64,000 nt of DNA. Origin: an uncultured virus (IMG/VR IMGVR_UViG_3300038443_001555) (lineage: Duplodnaviria; Heunggongvirae; Uroviricota; Caudoviricetes). The stretch lies in the IMG/VR virus record IMGVR_UViG_3300038443_001555. One strand, 5' to 3'. Made by a program: the position numbers and the translations under genes. Positions 49,893-58,318 of this stretch are shown one piece after another (the first letter of the stretch is position 1; every line of letters begins with the position of its first letter). The notes under the pieces were generated by a model. The model searched no databases. It was not told the DNA's origin and worked only from the letters and a program-made list of their open reading frames with translations.

Positions 49893-51314
49893 ATGGCCAA
49901 CCTCCGCGTCATCTCTGACAATGCTATCGACCGCGCCGCCCTGAGCGCATCATCGACGGCTGGCGCCTTCGCTGCGACCAACCTGCAGCTGGCGCGCAAG
50001 TCGGATGTGTGGCGCGCGACCGGCACGACGGCCCGCCTGACTGCAACCTGGGCTGCAGCTGAACCCTTGCAGGCCGTGGCCCTCCCGTTCTGTAACCTGT
50101 CGCCGACGGCGACAATGCGCGTGCGCGTGACCGGCGAAGCGTCGGTCACCAACCTCTTTTCCTACAGCGAGCAGCCCGCGAATGCGGTCTGGGCCAAGAC
50201 AGCCACCACTGTTACGGGTAGTGCAGGCCCGGCGCCGGACGGATCCACTAATGCCAGCTACCTGAAAGAGGACACAACCGCCAGCAGTGCGCACGAGATC
50301 CGGACGCCGAACGTAACTCTGGCTGCCAACACGGCGTACACCATGAGCGTGTTCGCGAAGGGTGACACCCGGCGCTACCTGCGCGTCGGGTTCTCTTCCG
50401 TGTTCAGCTCGACGGCCTTCTCGGCCTATATTGTGTTCGATCTGCAAACTGGCACGATCGCAAACTCCGCGGGCACCGGCGTGAGCGGGAGCTGCACCAC
50501 ACGTCCGGAGTGGGGAGGATTCTACCGCTGCTCGGTCATGTTCACCGCCACCAAGGCGGCGACCGGCACCAACTACATCGGGCTGCAGAATGCCTCTGCG
50601 ACCTCGACCTACACCGGCGACGGGGTGAGCGGGCTGTACATCTGGGGTGCGCAGCTTGAGGCCAGCGCCACAGCCACCTCTTACTACCCCACCACCAGCG
50701 CGGCCGCTGCGCGTCCGCTGGGCTATATCGATTCCTGGCAGCCCTACACCTACGACAGTGGCGCCCAGCTGGCCTGCCCGGCCCCGGCTGTCAGCCTGCG
50801 TGGATTCACCGCGGCGCAGGCTGCCAGTGCCTACGCTTTCGGCGGCGGCGCCACCGGCCGCGCGTGGCTGCCGTCCAGTGTCAGCGCCTACGGCCTGGCC
50901 GTCGACATCGTCGACACCGCCAGCCTGCAAGGCTATATCGAGGCCGCTTACCTGGTGGCCGGGCCGTACTGGGAGTCGGCCACCAATTTCGATTACGGTG
51001 CCAGCGCGCAGCTGGTCGATTCGTCCAAGAACAATCGCAACGACGCGGGCGACCTGATCAGCGACGCCGGCACCATCAGCAAGAAGCTCAGCCTGCAGCT
51101 GTCCAAGCTGGCACCCAGCGATCGCGCATCCCTGTGGTCGATCCTGCGCTCAGGCGGCATCCGCTTCCCCCTGTTTCTCAGCATGTTCCCGGGTGACACG
51201 GACCTTGCGCGCGAGCGCGACCACCAGGTCTACGGCAAGCTGGTCCAGCTGCCCGCCATGGCGCTGCCCTTCTTCAACCTTGCCTCGGCAACCGTCGAGG
51301 TCGAATCCGTTTGA
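49893..51314 (+). CDS. tail structural protein with inserted carbohydrate-binding-like domain
   Basis: Insert TNLFSYSE...GDGVSGLYIWGAQLE...TSYYPT within a distal-tail-like scaffold. Confidence 0.65.
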   Translation: MANLRVISDNAIDRAALSASSTAGAFAATNLQLARKSDVWRATGTTARLTATWAAAEPLQAVALPFCNLSPTATMRVRVTGEASVTNLFSYSEQPANAVWAKTATTVTGSAGPAPDGSTNASYLKEDTTASSAHEIRTPNVTLAANTAYTMSVFAKGDTRRYLRVGFSSVFSSTAFSAYIVFDLQTGTIANSAGTGVSGSCTTRPEWGGFYRCSVMFTATKAATGTNYIGLQNASATSTYTGDGVSGLYIWGAQLEASATATSYYPTTSAAAARPLGYIDSWQPYTYDSGAQLACPAPAVSLRGFTAAQAASAYAFGGGATGRAWLPSSVSAYGLAVDIVDTASLQGYIEAAYLVAGPYWESATNFDYGASAQLVDSSKNNRNDAGDLISDAGTISKKLSLQLSKLAPSDRASLWSILRSGGIRFPLFLSMFPGDTDLARERDHQVYGKLVQLPAMALPFFNLASATVEVESV

Positions 51315-51324
51315 GGAGCCTCTC

Positions 51325-51858
51325 ATGGACTACGCCCTTGCCCGCCCCCAGATCCAAGACGGTGACCTGATCGCCGTGCGCGATGTGCACGGTCTGCTCG
51401 GCCGGGCCACGACGCTCTTCACGCGCTCGCCCTACACCCACACCGGCGTGGCCACCTGGGTCGGCGAGCACCTGTTCATGGCGGACCTGAACAGCGGTCG
51501 CAACCACCTGACCGCGGTGTCCTGCCTCGGGAAATTCGACGTGTGCGAGCCGCCCGACGGCTTGCCGCGCGACCTGATCCGTGACGCGACCTTCGACTGG
51601 TTGGCCAGGCCGATCAGCTATGGCTACCTCGCCTTCATCGTGATCGGCCTGAAGTGCGCGCTGCGCATCCGCAGGTTCATCCACTGGCGCCAGATCGTCG
51701 TGTGCTCGGGCGGCTCGGTCGAGATCTACGAAAAGGCGGCCGCCGCGGCGCGCATGCTGCGTGGCATCGTGGTGCCGGGCTGGGAGGATCACGACCAGAT
51801 GATCTCGCCTGGCGAGCTGGCTGGCGATCTGACGCTTAAGTTGCGCGTTGGATATTAA
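51325..51858 (+). CDS. permuted papain-like (YiiX/YaeF, NlpC/P60 superfamily) protein
   Basis: GDLI...SPYTHTGV (His first) ...Y...VCS (Cys later)...ISPGEL. Confidence 0.75.
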   Translation: MDYALARPQIQDGDLIAVRDVHGLLGRATTLFTRSPYTHTGVATWVGEHLFMADLNSGRNHLTAVSCLGKFDVCEPPDGLPRDLIRDATFDWLARPISYGYLAFIVIGLKCALRIRRFIHWRQIVVCSGGSVEIYEKAAAAARMLRGIVVPGWEDHDQMISPGELAGDLTLKLRVGY

Positions 51859-51936
51859 TCACTGGCACATTTATTGCTGGACTATCTGAACAGCAACATC
51901 TAAAATTTCCTGAAGTTAACCTTTCGGAGGTGAAGC

Positions 51937-52032
51937 ATGCGGAATCCTGTCTTCCTGTTTCACCTCTGGGCCGAATTTCTCGGCGAGCTGATCACTGAAC
52001 TCTTCGACAACGATTACGAGGCGCGCGAATGA
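51937..52032 (+). CDS. 31-aa acidic peptide heading the lysis cassette
   Basis: GGAGGTG SD; ATGA overlap with holin; upstream TGGACT-17-TAAAAT. Confidence 0.55.
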   Translation: MRNPVFLFHLWAEFLGELITELFDNDYEARE

Positions 52033-52262
52033 CCCTGGCGGATATCAAACACACCTGGGAGTCACTCGACCCCATCAAGCCACACCTCGACGTGGCGGCT
52101 GTCGGCAGCTTCGTGCTGGCCTTGCTGGGCTGGCTGCCCGGCCTTATGACAGCCGCAACTACCGCCACCACGCTGGTCTGGTCATGCATCCGCCTCTACG
52201 AGACCCAAACCGTACAGAACTGGCTCGCACGCCGGCGCGCCGCCAAGGAGGCCCTCAAATGA
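52029..52262 (+). CDS. holin (putative)
   Basis: Hydrophobic segments, basic C-terminus, RLYETQTVQ; upstream of endolysin. Confidence 0.7.
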   Translation: MTLADIKHTWESLDPIKPHLDVAAVGSFVLALLGWLPGLMTAATTATTLVWSCIRLYETQTVQNWLARRRAAKEALK

Positions 52263-52513
52263 AGCTCGACAATATTGTCGCTGCTGCGCGCGCGGAAGCA
52301 CGTAAGGCGATGACCTGGGCGCGTGTAGGACTGCTGGCCGCCCTGCCTTTCGCCAGCGATATCCACGCCGCGCTCAAGAACGGTCTGCCTGACCTGCAGC
52401 CCTATCTGCCGGACAACATCTATAAGTTCATGGGCGGCGCCGTTGTTGCTGGTGGCATCGTCCTGAGCTTTATCGCCTCCCATCGCGCAGTGAGAGTTAA
52501 AGATGACGCCTGA
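52259..52513 (+). CDS. second holin/antiholin-like membrane protein
   Basis: Two hydrophobic segments; overlaps endolysin start. Confidence 0.6.
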   Translation: MKLDNIVAAARAEARKAMTWARVGLLAALPFASDIHAALKNGLPDLQPYLPDNIYKFMGGAVVAGGIVLSFIASHRAVRVKDDA

Positions 52514-53132
52514 TCAGCTGCGCCACGTCATCCCGGCCATGCCGATCGGCGTGGCACACGATGCGGCCGCAGCCATCAACTCGGCATGTGCACGCTTCGA
52601 CATCGGCACGACCCTGCGCCAGGCGCACTTCGCCGTGCAGTGCCTGCACGAGTCGCAGGGCTTCATGCGCATGATCGAGAACCTGAATTACTCGGCCGAG
52701 CGGTTGCTGGCGATCTGGCCGAAACGCTTCACGCCGGAGACCGCGCGCCTGTACGGCCGCACCGCAGAGCGCCCAGCCAACCAGCAGATGATCGCCAACG
52801 TGGCCTACGCCAACCGGATGGGCAACGGCTCGATCGAGAGCGGCGACGGCTGGCGCTACCGCGGGCGCGGCCCGGGCGAACTGACCGGCAAGGACAATTA
52901 CCGGCGCTGCGGTGCCGTGCTGGGCCTGAACCTTGTCGAATTCCCCGAGCAGGTGGCCCAGATCCAGGTCGGCACGGCCGCCTTCGGCTGGTTCTGGCAC
53001 GTCAACGGCCTGAACGCCGTGGCCGACGCCGATAACCTGCTGAGCTGCCGCATAAAGGTCAACGGTGGCACGCTCGGACTGGACGACTGCAAGGACCTGC
53101 TCAGGCTCATGAAGGAGGCCTTAGGATGCTGA
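52503..53132 (+). CDS. endolysin, glycoside hydrolase family 19
   Basis: AHF..Q..HES, ENLNYS, YANRMGNG, GDGWRYRGRG..LTGKDNY, VNGGTLGL. Confidence 0.92.
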   Translation: MTPDQLRHVIPAMPIGVAHDAAAAINSACARFDIGTTLRQAHFAVQCLHESQGFMRMIENLNYSAERLLAIWPKRFTPETARLYGRTAERPANQQMIANVAYANRMGNGSIESGDGWRYRGRGPGELTGKDNYRRCGAVLGLNLVEFPEQVAQIQVGTAAFGWFWHVNGLNAVADADNLLSCRIKVNGGTLGLDDCKDLLRLMKEALGC

Positions 53133-53710
53133 GCGCCTTGACCAGTCTCGTCGTCCCGCCCTGGGCGCGCTGGGCCGCGCTGATCGTGCTGGCCACCGCC
53201 TCGTACGGCCTTGGCCGCGTGCAGCAGGCCGAGCATGATGCCGGCGCAGCACAGGCGCAGGCCGCCAAGGTGGTCACGAAGGTTGTGACGGTCGTCCAGC
53301 ATGAGGTGCAGACGGTGACCAAGGTGCAGACGGTCTACCAGGACCGCATCCAGAAGATCTACGCCCAAGGAGTGCAGCTTGATGAAAGAATCCCTGATCT
53401 GGTTTCGCCTGACACTGACCGGCGCCTACCTCTGCCAGCTGGTTTCGTGCGCGTCCTCGACGCCGCCTGGCTTGGTACCACTGTTGGACCCGCCAGCGAC
53501 GCTGACAGCGAACCCGCCGCCGTTCCGCCCAGCGTCGTCGCCGCGAACGAAGCCGACAACGCCACCAGCTGCCTCGTCTGGCGCGAGCAAGCCCTTGGCT
53601 GGCGCACTTTCTACGCCGAGCAGCAGCTGAACATCAACGGCAAGGTCGGCGACTGGTACAAGCCGGAGGCCAGCAGTGGAACTGAACCGAGTACGGATGG
53701 TGCAAGGTGA
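53126..53710 (+). CDS. inner-membrane spanin (Rz-like)
   Basis: N-terminal TM then periplasmic domain, after endolysin. Confidence 0.7.
   Translation: MLSALTSLVVPPWARWAALIVLATASYGLGRVQQAEHDAGAAQAQAAKVVTKVVTVVQHEVQTVTKVQTVYQDRIQKIYAQGVQLDERIPDLVSPDTDRRLPLPAGFVRVLDAAWLGTTVGPASDADSEPAAVPPSVVAANEADNATSCLVWREQALGWRTFYAEQQLNINGKVGDWYKPEASSGTEPSTDGAR
53382..53630 (+). CDS. embedded outer-membrane spanin candidate (Rz1-like)
   Basis: +1 frame, AAGGAG SD 9 nt upstream, LVSC lipobox-like motif, Pro-rich body. Confidence 0.5.
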   Translation: MKESLIWFRLTLTGAYLCQLVSCASSTPPGLVPLLDPPATLTANPPPFRPASSPRTKPTTPPAASSGASKPLAGALSTPSSS

Positions 53711-53772
53711 GGAGGTCTCAGATCTCATCTGCGAAGTCATCGACGGCCAGCTGACACTACCGGAGGACTCTG

Positions 53773-54540
53773 ATGACTCGCATTCTCGTGATTCCGGACT
53801 CCCAGGTACGGCCGGGGGATGACCTTGAGTTCCTACGCTGTATCGGCCGCATGATCGTGGCCGAGAAACCCGACGTCGTCGTGCACATCGGCGACTTCGC
53901 CGACATGCCATCGCTCTCGTCCTACGACAAGGGCAAGAAGTCGTTCGAAGGGCGCCGCTACCGCGCCGACATCGAGGCCGCGCACGCCGGCATGGAGGCC
54001 CTGCTTGGGCCGCTGCGCGACTACAACCGGCGCCGCCTGGCGACCAAGCATGGCATCTACCGGCCGCGCCTAGTGCTCACGATGGGCAACCACGAAGAGC
54101 GCATCCTGCGCACCATCAACAGCGAGCCGATGCTGGCCGGAGCGATCGGCCTAGAGGATCTCTGCTACGCACAGTATGGCTGGGAAGTGCATGACTTCCT
54201 TGAGGTAGTCGTGATCGAGGGCGTGGCCTTCAGCCACTATTTCCAGACCGGGGTCATGGGCCGGCCGGCGTCGAGCGCCCAGGCCCAGCTGAATAAGAAG
54301 CTGATGAGCTGCGTGGCTGGCCACCAGCAGGGGCGCCAGATGGCGCGCGCCTACCGCGCCGACGGCCGCCCGGTCACGTCCATCATCGCCGGCAGCTGCT
54401 ACGAGCACGAGGAAGGCTATCTCGGCCCGCAGGGCAACAAGCACTGGCATGGCGTGGTCATGCTCAACAACGTTGAGGATGGTTGCTTCGACGAGCTGTT
54501 TATCCCACTCGCCGACGTCAAAAAGAAGTACGCCGCCTGA
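53773..54540 (+). CDS. calcineurin-like metallophosphoesterase
   Basis: IPDSQ, HIGDFAD, GNHE, FSH, GHQQ motifs; GGAGG SD. Confidence 0.85.
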   Translation: MTRILVIPDSQVRPGDDLEFLRCIGRMIVAEKPDVVVHIGDFADMPSLSSYDKGKKSFEGRRYRADIEAAHAGMEALLGPLRDYNRRRLATKHGIYRPRLVLTMGNHEERILRTINSEPMLAGAIGLEDLCYAQYGWEVHDFLEVVVIEGVAFSHYFQTGVMGRPASSAQAQLNKKLMSCVAGHQQGRQMARAYRADGRPVTSIIAGSCYEHEEGYLGPQGNKHWHGVVMLNNVEDGCFDELFIPLADVKKKYAA

Positions 54541-54551
54541 GCGGCGGCGTA
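54520..54551 (-). terminator. terminator hairpin at convergence of late and replication blocks
   Basis: TACGCCGCC-TGAGC-GGCGGCGTA with A tract on the left. Confidence 0.6.
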
Positions 54552-54555
54552 TGGG

Positions 54556-54947
54556 TTACTTCTGCTCGGCTCGGCGCCGAGCCTCTGCCTGCAGGTCAGT
54601 TAAGCTGTAGCCGCAGAAGCGGCACTGGCCATGCCCCCAAGGACCCGGCCAGCTGTGGCGATTCCATACCTTCTTTCCGGTTACTGGGCTGACGCCGCCC
54701 ATAGACATGCAGGATGGCAGCCGCAGTTTGGCGTTCATGCCCGCCTCCACTTCCGCCAGTACCAGACCAGCCCGGCCGGCCAGAGCAGCACCAGCCAGAA
54801 CATCACGCCCGCTGGCGACAGCCAGAGGCAGTTCCGGCGCCGGATCAGGTCCCGGCCCATCGCGTATCCGGTGCTGTGATCGACCAGGTACATCAGGCTG
54901 AAGCCGGTCGCGAGCCAGAGGACCGCTCCAAAGAGCACCAGAATCAT
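54556..54947 (-). CDS. two small genes (54556-54738 Cys-rich; 54735-54947 membrane protein)
   Basis: GGAGG SDs and ATGA overlaps. Confidence 0.55.
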
Positions 54948-55156
54948 GCTTCCTCCTTCAGTTTGCCCTTCGCCAGCAGCCACTCGCGCGCGGCCGGCTC
55001 GTTGACGTAACACACGCCGCCCGACGGCGACGAGAGGTACTCGCCGCGCGGCCAGATGCCGTCGACCACGCGCTTGTGCACCGTGTTCTTGCGCTCGCCA
55101 TACTTCTCGCAGTAGGCCTCAAGCTCGATCCAACCGTTGCGGTCCTGGGCGCTCAT
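54944..55156 (-). CDS. excisionase-like winged-helix DNA-binding protein
   Basis: WIELEAYCEKYGERKNTVHKRV..GIW..G...YVN..A..EW. Confidence 0.6.
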   Translation of the reverse strand: MSAQDRNGWIELEAYCEKYGERKNTVHKRVVDGIWPRGEYLSSPSGGVCYVNEPAAREWLLAKGKLKEEA

Positions 55157-55395
55157 ACAGCCTCCGTCGTGATGCCCACCGAGACGACTGGGTGCATCTC
55201 CTGGTAGATACCCAGCTGGATGCTGTGGCCGGCGTTGAGGAGAGCCAGCTCCTCGGCGCTCGGCTTCCAAAACGAGAATAGGCCAAGTCCGATGTCGGTC
55301 TCGACAGCGATCACCGGCAGGTCGGAGACCTTGTCCTCCTGCCCCGGCGGCGCCGTGAAGACGTGATTGGTCTGAGGGTGTCGTACGATTTCCAT
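55153..55395 (-). CDS. conserved phage hypothetical protein
   Basis: AAGGAG SD; SFWKPSAEELALLNAG..I.L...HPVV. Confidence 0.65.
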   Translation of the reverse strand: MEIVRHPQTNHVFTAPPGQEDKVSDLPVIAVETDIGLGLFSFWKPSAEELALLNAGHSIQLGIYQEMHPVVSVGITTEAV

Positions 55396-55405
55396 GTGCT
55401 TCTCC

Positions 55406-57601
55406 TTAAACAGTGATGATGCGGTCGGCGACAGCGTCGACCAAGTCGTTATGGCTGATCGTGATGATCTGGCCAAAGTTCAGCGTCGACAGCATGCCAA
55501 GCATGCGGGTCTCGCGCGCGTCGCTGCAAGCCGCGCCCGGTTCATCCAGTTGCAGCATGTCGATGCCCGGCAGGAAGGTCTTCGTGAGCGTGATGCGCAT
55601 CGCCAGCCCAAGCATGTCTTCGGCCGAGCCGGACAGACCCGAGACCGGGAAGCCGTTGCACTTGAACATGCCGTCGGCCCGGGTAATGACGGAGTCGCTG
55701 CCGCGCACTTCGGAGAAGTGCTTCGAGACGCCGGCCAGCACGATGTTCCACAGCTTGTTCGTGATGACCGGGCGCGCCGCGCGTACCTTCTTGATGAGCA
55801 GGTTGTACTTCTGCATGGCGGCCAGCTCACCTTGGGCCTGCTCGAGCTGGGCACGCACCTGGGCCATCTGGCGCTGGGCCTGCTCGGCCAGCGCCTCCTT
55901 GGTGGCGAGGTCAGCCTTGAGAGCTGTCCATGCCCGAGCCATTTCAGCCAGTTTGGCCTCCTTCACCTTGATCAGGTCGGTCAGCGCCGCCGCGCGCGCC
56001 AGCACCCGACCAGCCGCCTCGAGGTTCAGCTTCTGGCGGAAGCTGACGTCAGCTTCGCGCGCCGCGACCAAACCGGCGCGCTGCTTCGTTTTCTCGCCGC
56101 GGCGCGCGGCGTCCTGCAGCGCCTCGCGCGCGAGCGTCTCGAGATGGGCCAGCTGATTGGCGGCACCGCGCGTGCCGCTCACGGCCGGAGCCGGACCGGT
56201 CCAGCGCCACTGGCCCGGTACCACTCGGCGGTCGACCTCGATGAAGTCGGCGGCGCGCGCGTACAGCTGCTCGACCTTGGCATTAACGGTAACGACAGCC
56301 TGCAGGTCGCGCAAGTAACTGCGGTACTCGACAGCGTCCTGCCTGGCCAGGTCGCGCAGCTTCTCGCGCTCGCGGATCTTATCGTCCAACTCGCCAGTGG
56401 CACGGATGGTCTGCGACTTGAGCTCGTTGATCTGGCGCTGCAGGTCGCTGTTCGTGCGCACCACCTCCGGCACGTCGGTCAGATCTTTCTGGCACAGCGC
56501 ACAGGTGGTCTCCTTGATCAGGCGCCCTTCCAGCTGAGCAGTCTTCACGGCGCTGTCGCGTCGCGCGTCGGACAGCTGCCGCTCGAGGTTGGCCAGCACC
56601 ACGGCAGAGTCATCAGCACGCTGCGACGCCTGGTCCAGCTTCTCCTGCGTCGTCATGATTTCAGCCTCTAGCGATGCCAGATCCTTGTCCCATTGTACTG
56701 CCGTGTCGGCACGCTCCAGCTCCGCGCGCAGCAGCTCCGCGCGCGCCCGGTGCTTCTCGCGCTCGACCGCCTCGCGCGCGGCCGCGAGCTCGGCGTCGCT
56801 CGGCCCCAGCACGGCCGGCCTGGCCAGCTCGCGGTCGATCTCGTCGATTTCATAAGTCAGCTGCTGGATGTCGCGGCTGCGTGTGGCGTGCTCGTTCGTG
56901 CAGTTGGTGGCGCCGGCGACGTCCAACTCATCGAGCTGCGCACGCAAGTCAGCAAGCGCCGACTGAGCCATCGTCACGTCGTGCTCAGCATCCACAACCT
57001 TTTCGCGCAGTGGCCCTAGGTCCTCTGCTGGCGTCTCCACCAGCTGCGCCTGCAGCGCCGTGATGCGCCCCTCGACGCCCGCCGTGTTGCCGGTCTGGCG
57101 CCGCGTGGCGATGCTTTCCGCCACGCGGTCGATCAGGTCGAAGTTGGCCAAGTCCTCGATCATGCGCCCGGCGTCGGTCGGGCCGGCCTTGAGCGACTCG
57201 GCTAGACTCTTCTGCGAGGCGAACATCAGCTTGCCGGCCATCTTGGCATCGGTACCGAACAGGTCCTCGAAGAACTTCGTCAGCTCGCGCTGGCCAGTGA
57301 CCAGCACCTTGCCGCCGGCCGACACCTCGGCCCCGGACTTGCCGCGGTAGCCGGTGTAGGTCACGCCTAGGTGCTCGAGCTCGACATCGACGCGCAACTT
57401 GGAGACCGGCTGGTGGTAAGTCACAACGTGCTCGAGTGATTCGCGCAACGCGCCGGCGCCGAAGCAGAAGTAGGTGAATGCTTCGAGGCACGTCGTTTTT
57501 CCTGCCTCATTCGGACCGCGGACTGCATTCATCCCAGGCCCGAATTCAAATTCGCGATCTTGGTGCTGGCGGAACGAGGTAAGTTTCAATTTCTTTAACA
57601 T
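55406..57601 (-). CDS. SbcC/Rad50-like ATPase
   Basis: GPNEAGKT Walker A, coiled coils, CALC hook, LSGSAE signature, LDEP Walker B, ISH. Confidence 0.92.
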   Translation of the reverse strand: MLKKLKLTSFRQHQDREFEFGPGMNAVRGPNEAGKTTCLEAFTYFCFGAGALRESLEHVVTYHQPVSKLRVDVELEHLGVTYTGYRGKSGAEVSAGGKVLVTGQRELTKFFEDLFGTDAKMAGKLMFASQKSLAESLKAGPTDAGRMIEDLANFDLIDRVAESIATRRQTGNTAGVEGRITALQAQLVETPAEDLGPLREKVVDAEHDVTMAQSALADLRAQLDELDVAGATNCTNEHATRSRDIQQLTYEIDEIDRELARPAVLGPSDAELAAAREAVEREKHRARAELLRAELERADTAVQWDKDLASLEAEIMTTQEKLDQASQRADDSAVVLANLERQLSDARRDSAVKTAQLEGRLIKETTCALCQKDLTDVPEVVRTNSDLQRQINELKSQTIRATGELDDKIREREKLRDLARQDAVEYRSYLRDLQAVVTVNAKVEQLYARAADFIEVDRRVVPGQWRWTGPAPAVSGTRGAANQLAHLETLAREALQDAARRGEKTKQRAGLVAAREADVSFRQKLNLEAAGRVLARAAALTDLIKVKEAKLAEMARAWTALKADLATKEALAEQAQRQMAQVRAQLEQAQGELAAMQKYNLLIKKVRAARPVITNKLWNIVLAGVSKHFSEVRGSDSVITRADGMFKCNGFPVSGLSGSAEDMLGLAMRITLTKTFLPGIDMLQLDEPGAACSDARETRMLGMLSTLNFGQIITISHNDLVDAVADRIITV

Positions 57602-57602
57602 T

Positions 57603-58271
57603 TCAGGTGTCCTTATACGCTTTTAGTTTTTGGACTGCATTAGAGGCTGTGGTGATAGAGACAGAGAAGGCGCGCGCCAGTGCGCTGAAGCTTTCGCCGG
57701 CAGCGTGCCGGGCGCGCATGGCAACTAGATCGTCGGGCGTGAGCTTCGCGTGCACGCTGGCCAATCCGCGGGGAACACGGCTCATGTCCGGCTTGGGTCG
57801 CGGCTTATACGTGCGACCCGGGACCTTACCGCCAGCCTTAACTGGCTTCGTGAACGCCTCCTCAATGGAGTAGCCAAGTCGATTCAGCCTCGCTTTCAAT
57901 GTTCCGGCCTTCCAGCCGAATCGCCGCTCCCAAGCGGCCACCGTCATGCTCTCGCCCTGCCACTCGACGGTAGCGATGCAACGCCGGTTTTCAGCCTGCG
58001 CCTGTCGCGTGGCCCAGACACAATTGCCCGGTTCGTAGTTACCATCATTGTCGCGACGCTCCAGCGTGAGGCCGTCCGGCCGAAGGCCCATGTCTTCGAC
58101 GAAGTTTTCAAACGACTGCCAGCGATCGCACACGCGGATCCCGCGCGCGCCGTAATAAGCGTAGTCGGCATGCCGAGGGTTCTGGCACTTCTGTTTCGTG
58201 TTTCGCCAGGCCAGCAGCATGTCGCGCACCGTCTCAGGGTGAGAGAGCCGCAGCTCCTCCAACTTGCTCAT
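57603..58271 (-). CDS. free-standing HNH homing endonuclease
   Basis: YGARGIRVCDRW..FENF..DMG.RP...TLERRDNDGNYEPGNCVWAT. Confidence 0.9.
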   Translation of the reverse strand: MSKLEELRLSHPETVRDMLLAWRNTKQKCQNPRHADYAYYGARGIRVCDRWQSFENFVEDMGLRPDGLTLERRDNDGNYEPGNCVWATRQAQAENRRCIATVEWQGESMTVAAWERRFGWKAGTLKARLNRLGYSIEEAFTKPVKAGGKVPGRTYKPRPKPDMSRVPRGLASVHAKLTPDDLVAMRARHAAGESFSALARAFSVSITTASNAVQKLKAYKDT

Positions 58272-58318
58272 CAGTCCTCCAATAATGTAGTGTTACCGAA
58301 AGATAACTCTACTGGAGG

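Noticed and set aside
54944..55156. Excisionase-like gene as evidence of lysogeny
   Set aside because: No integrase, att site or repressor switch in the window; such domains also occur in lytic phages
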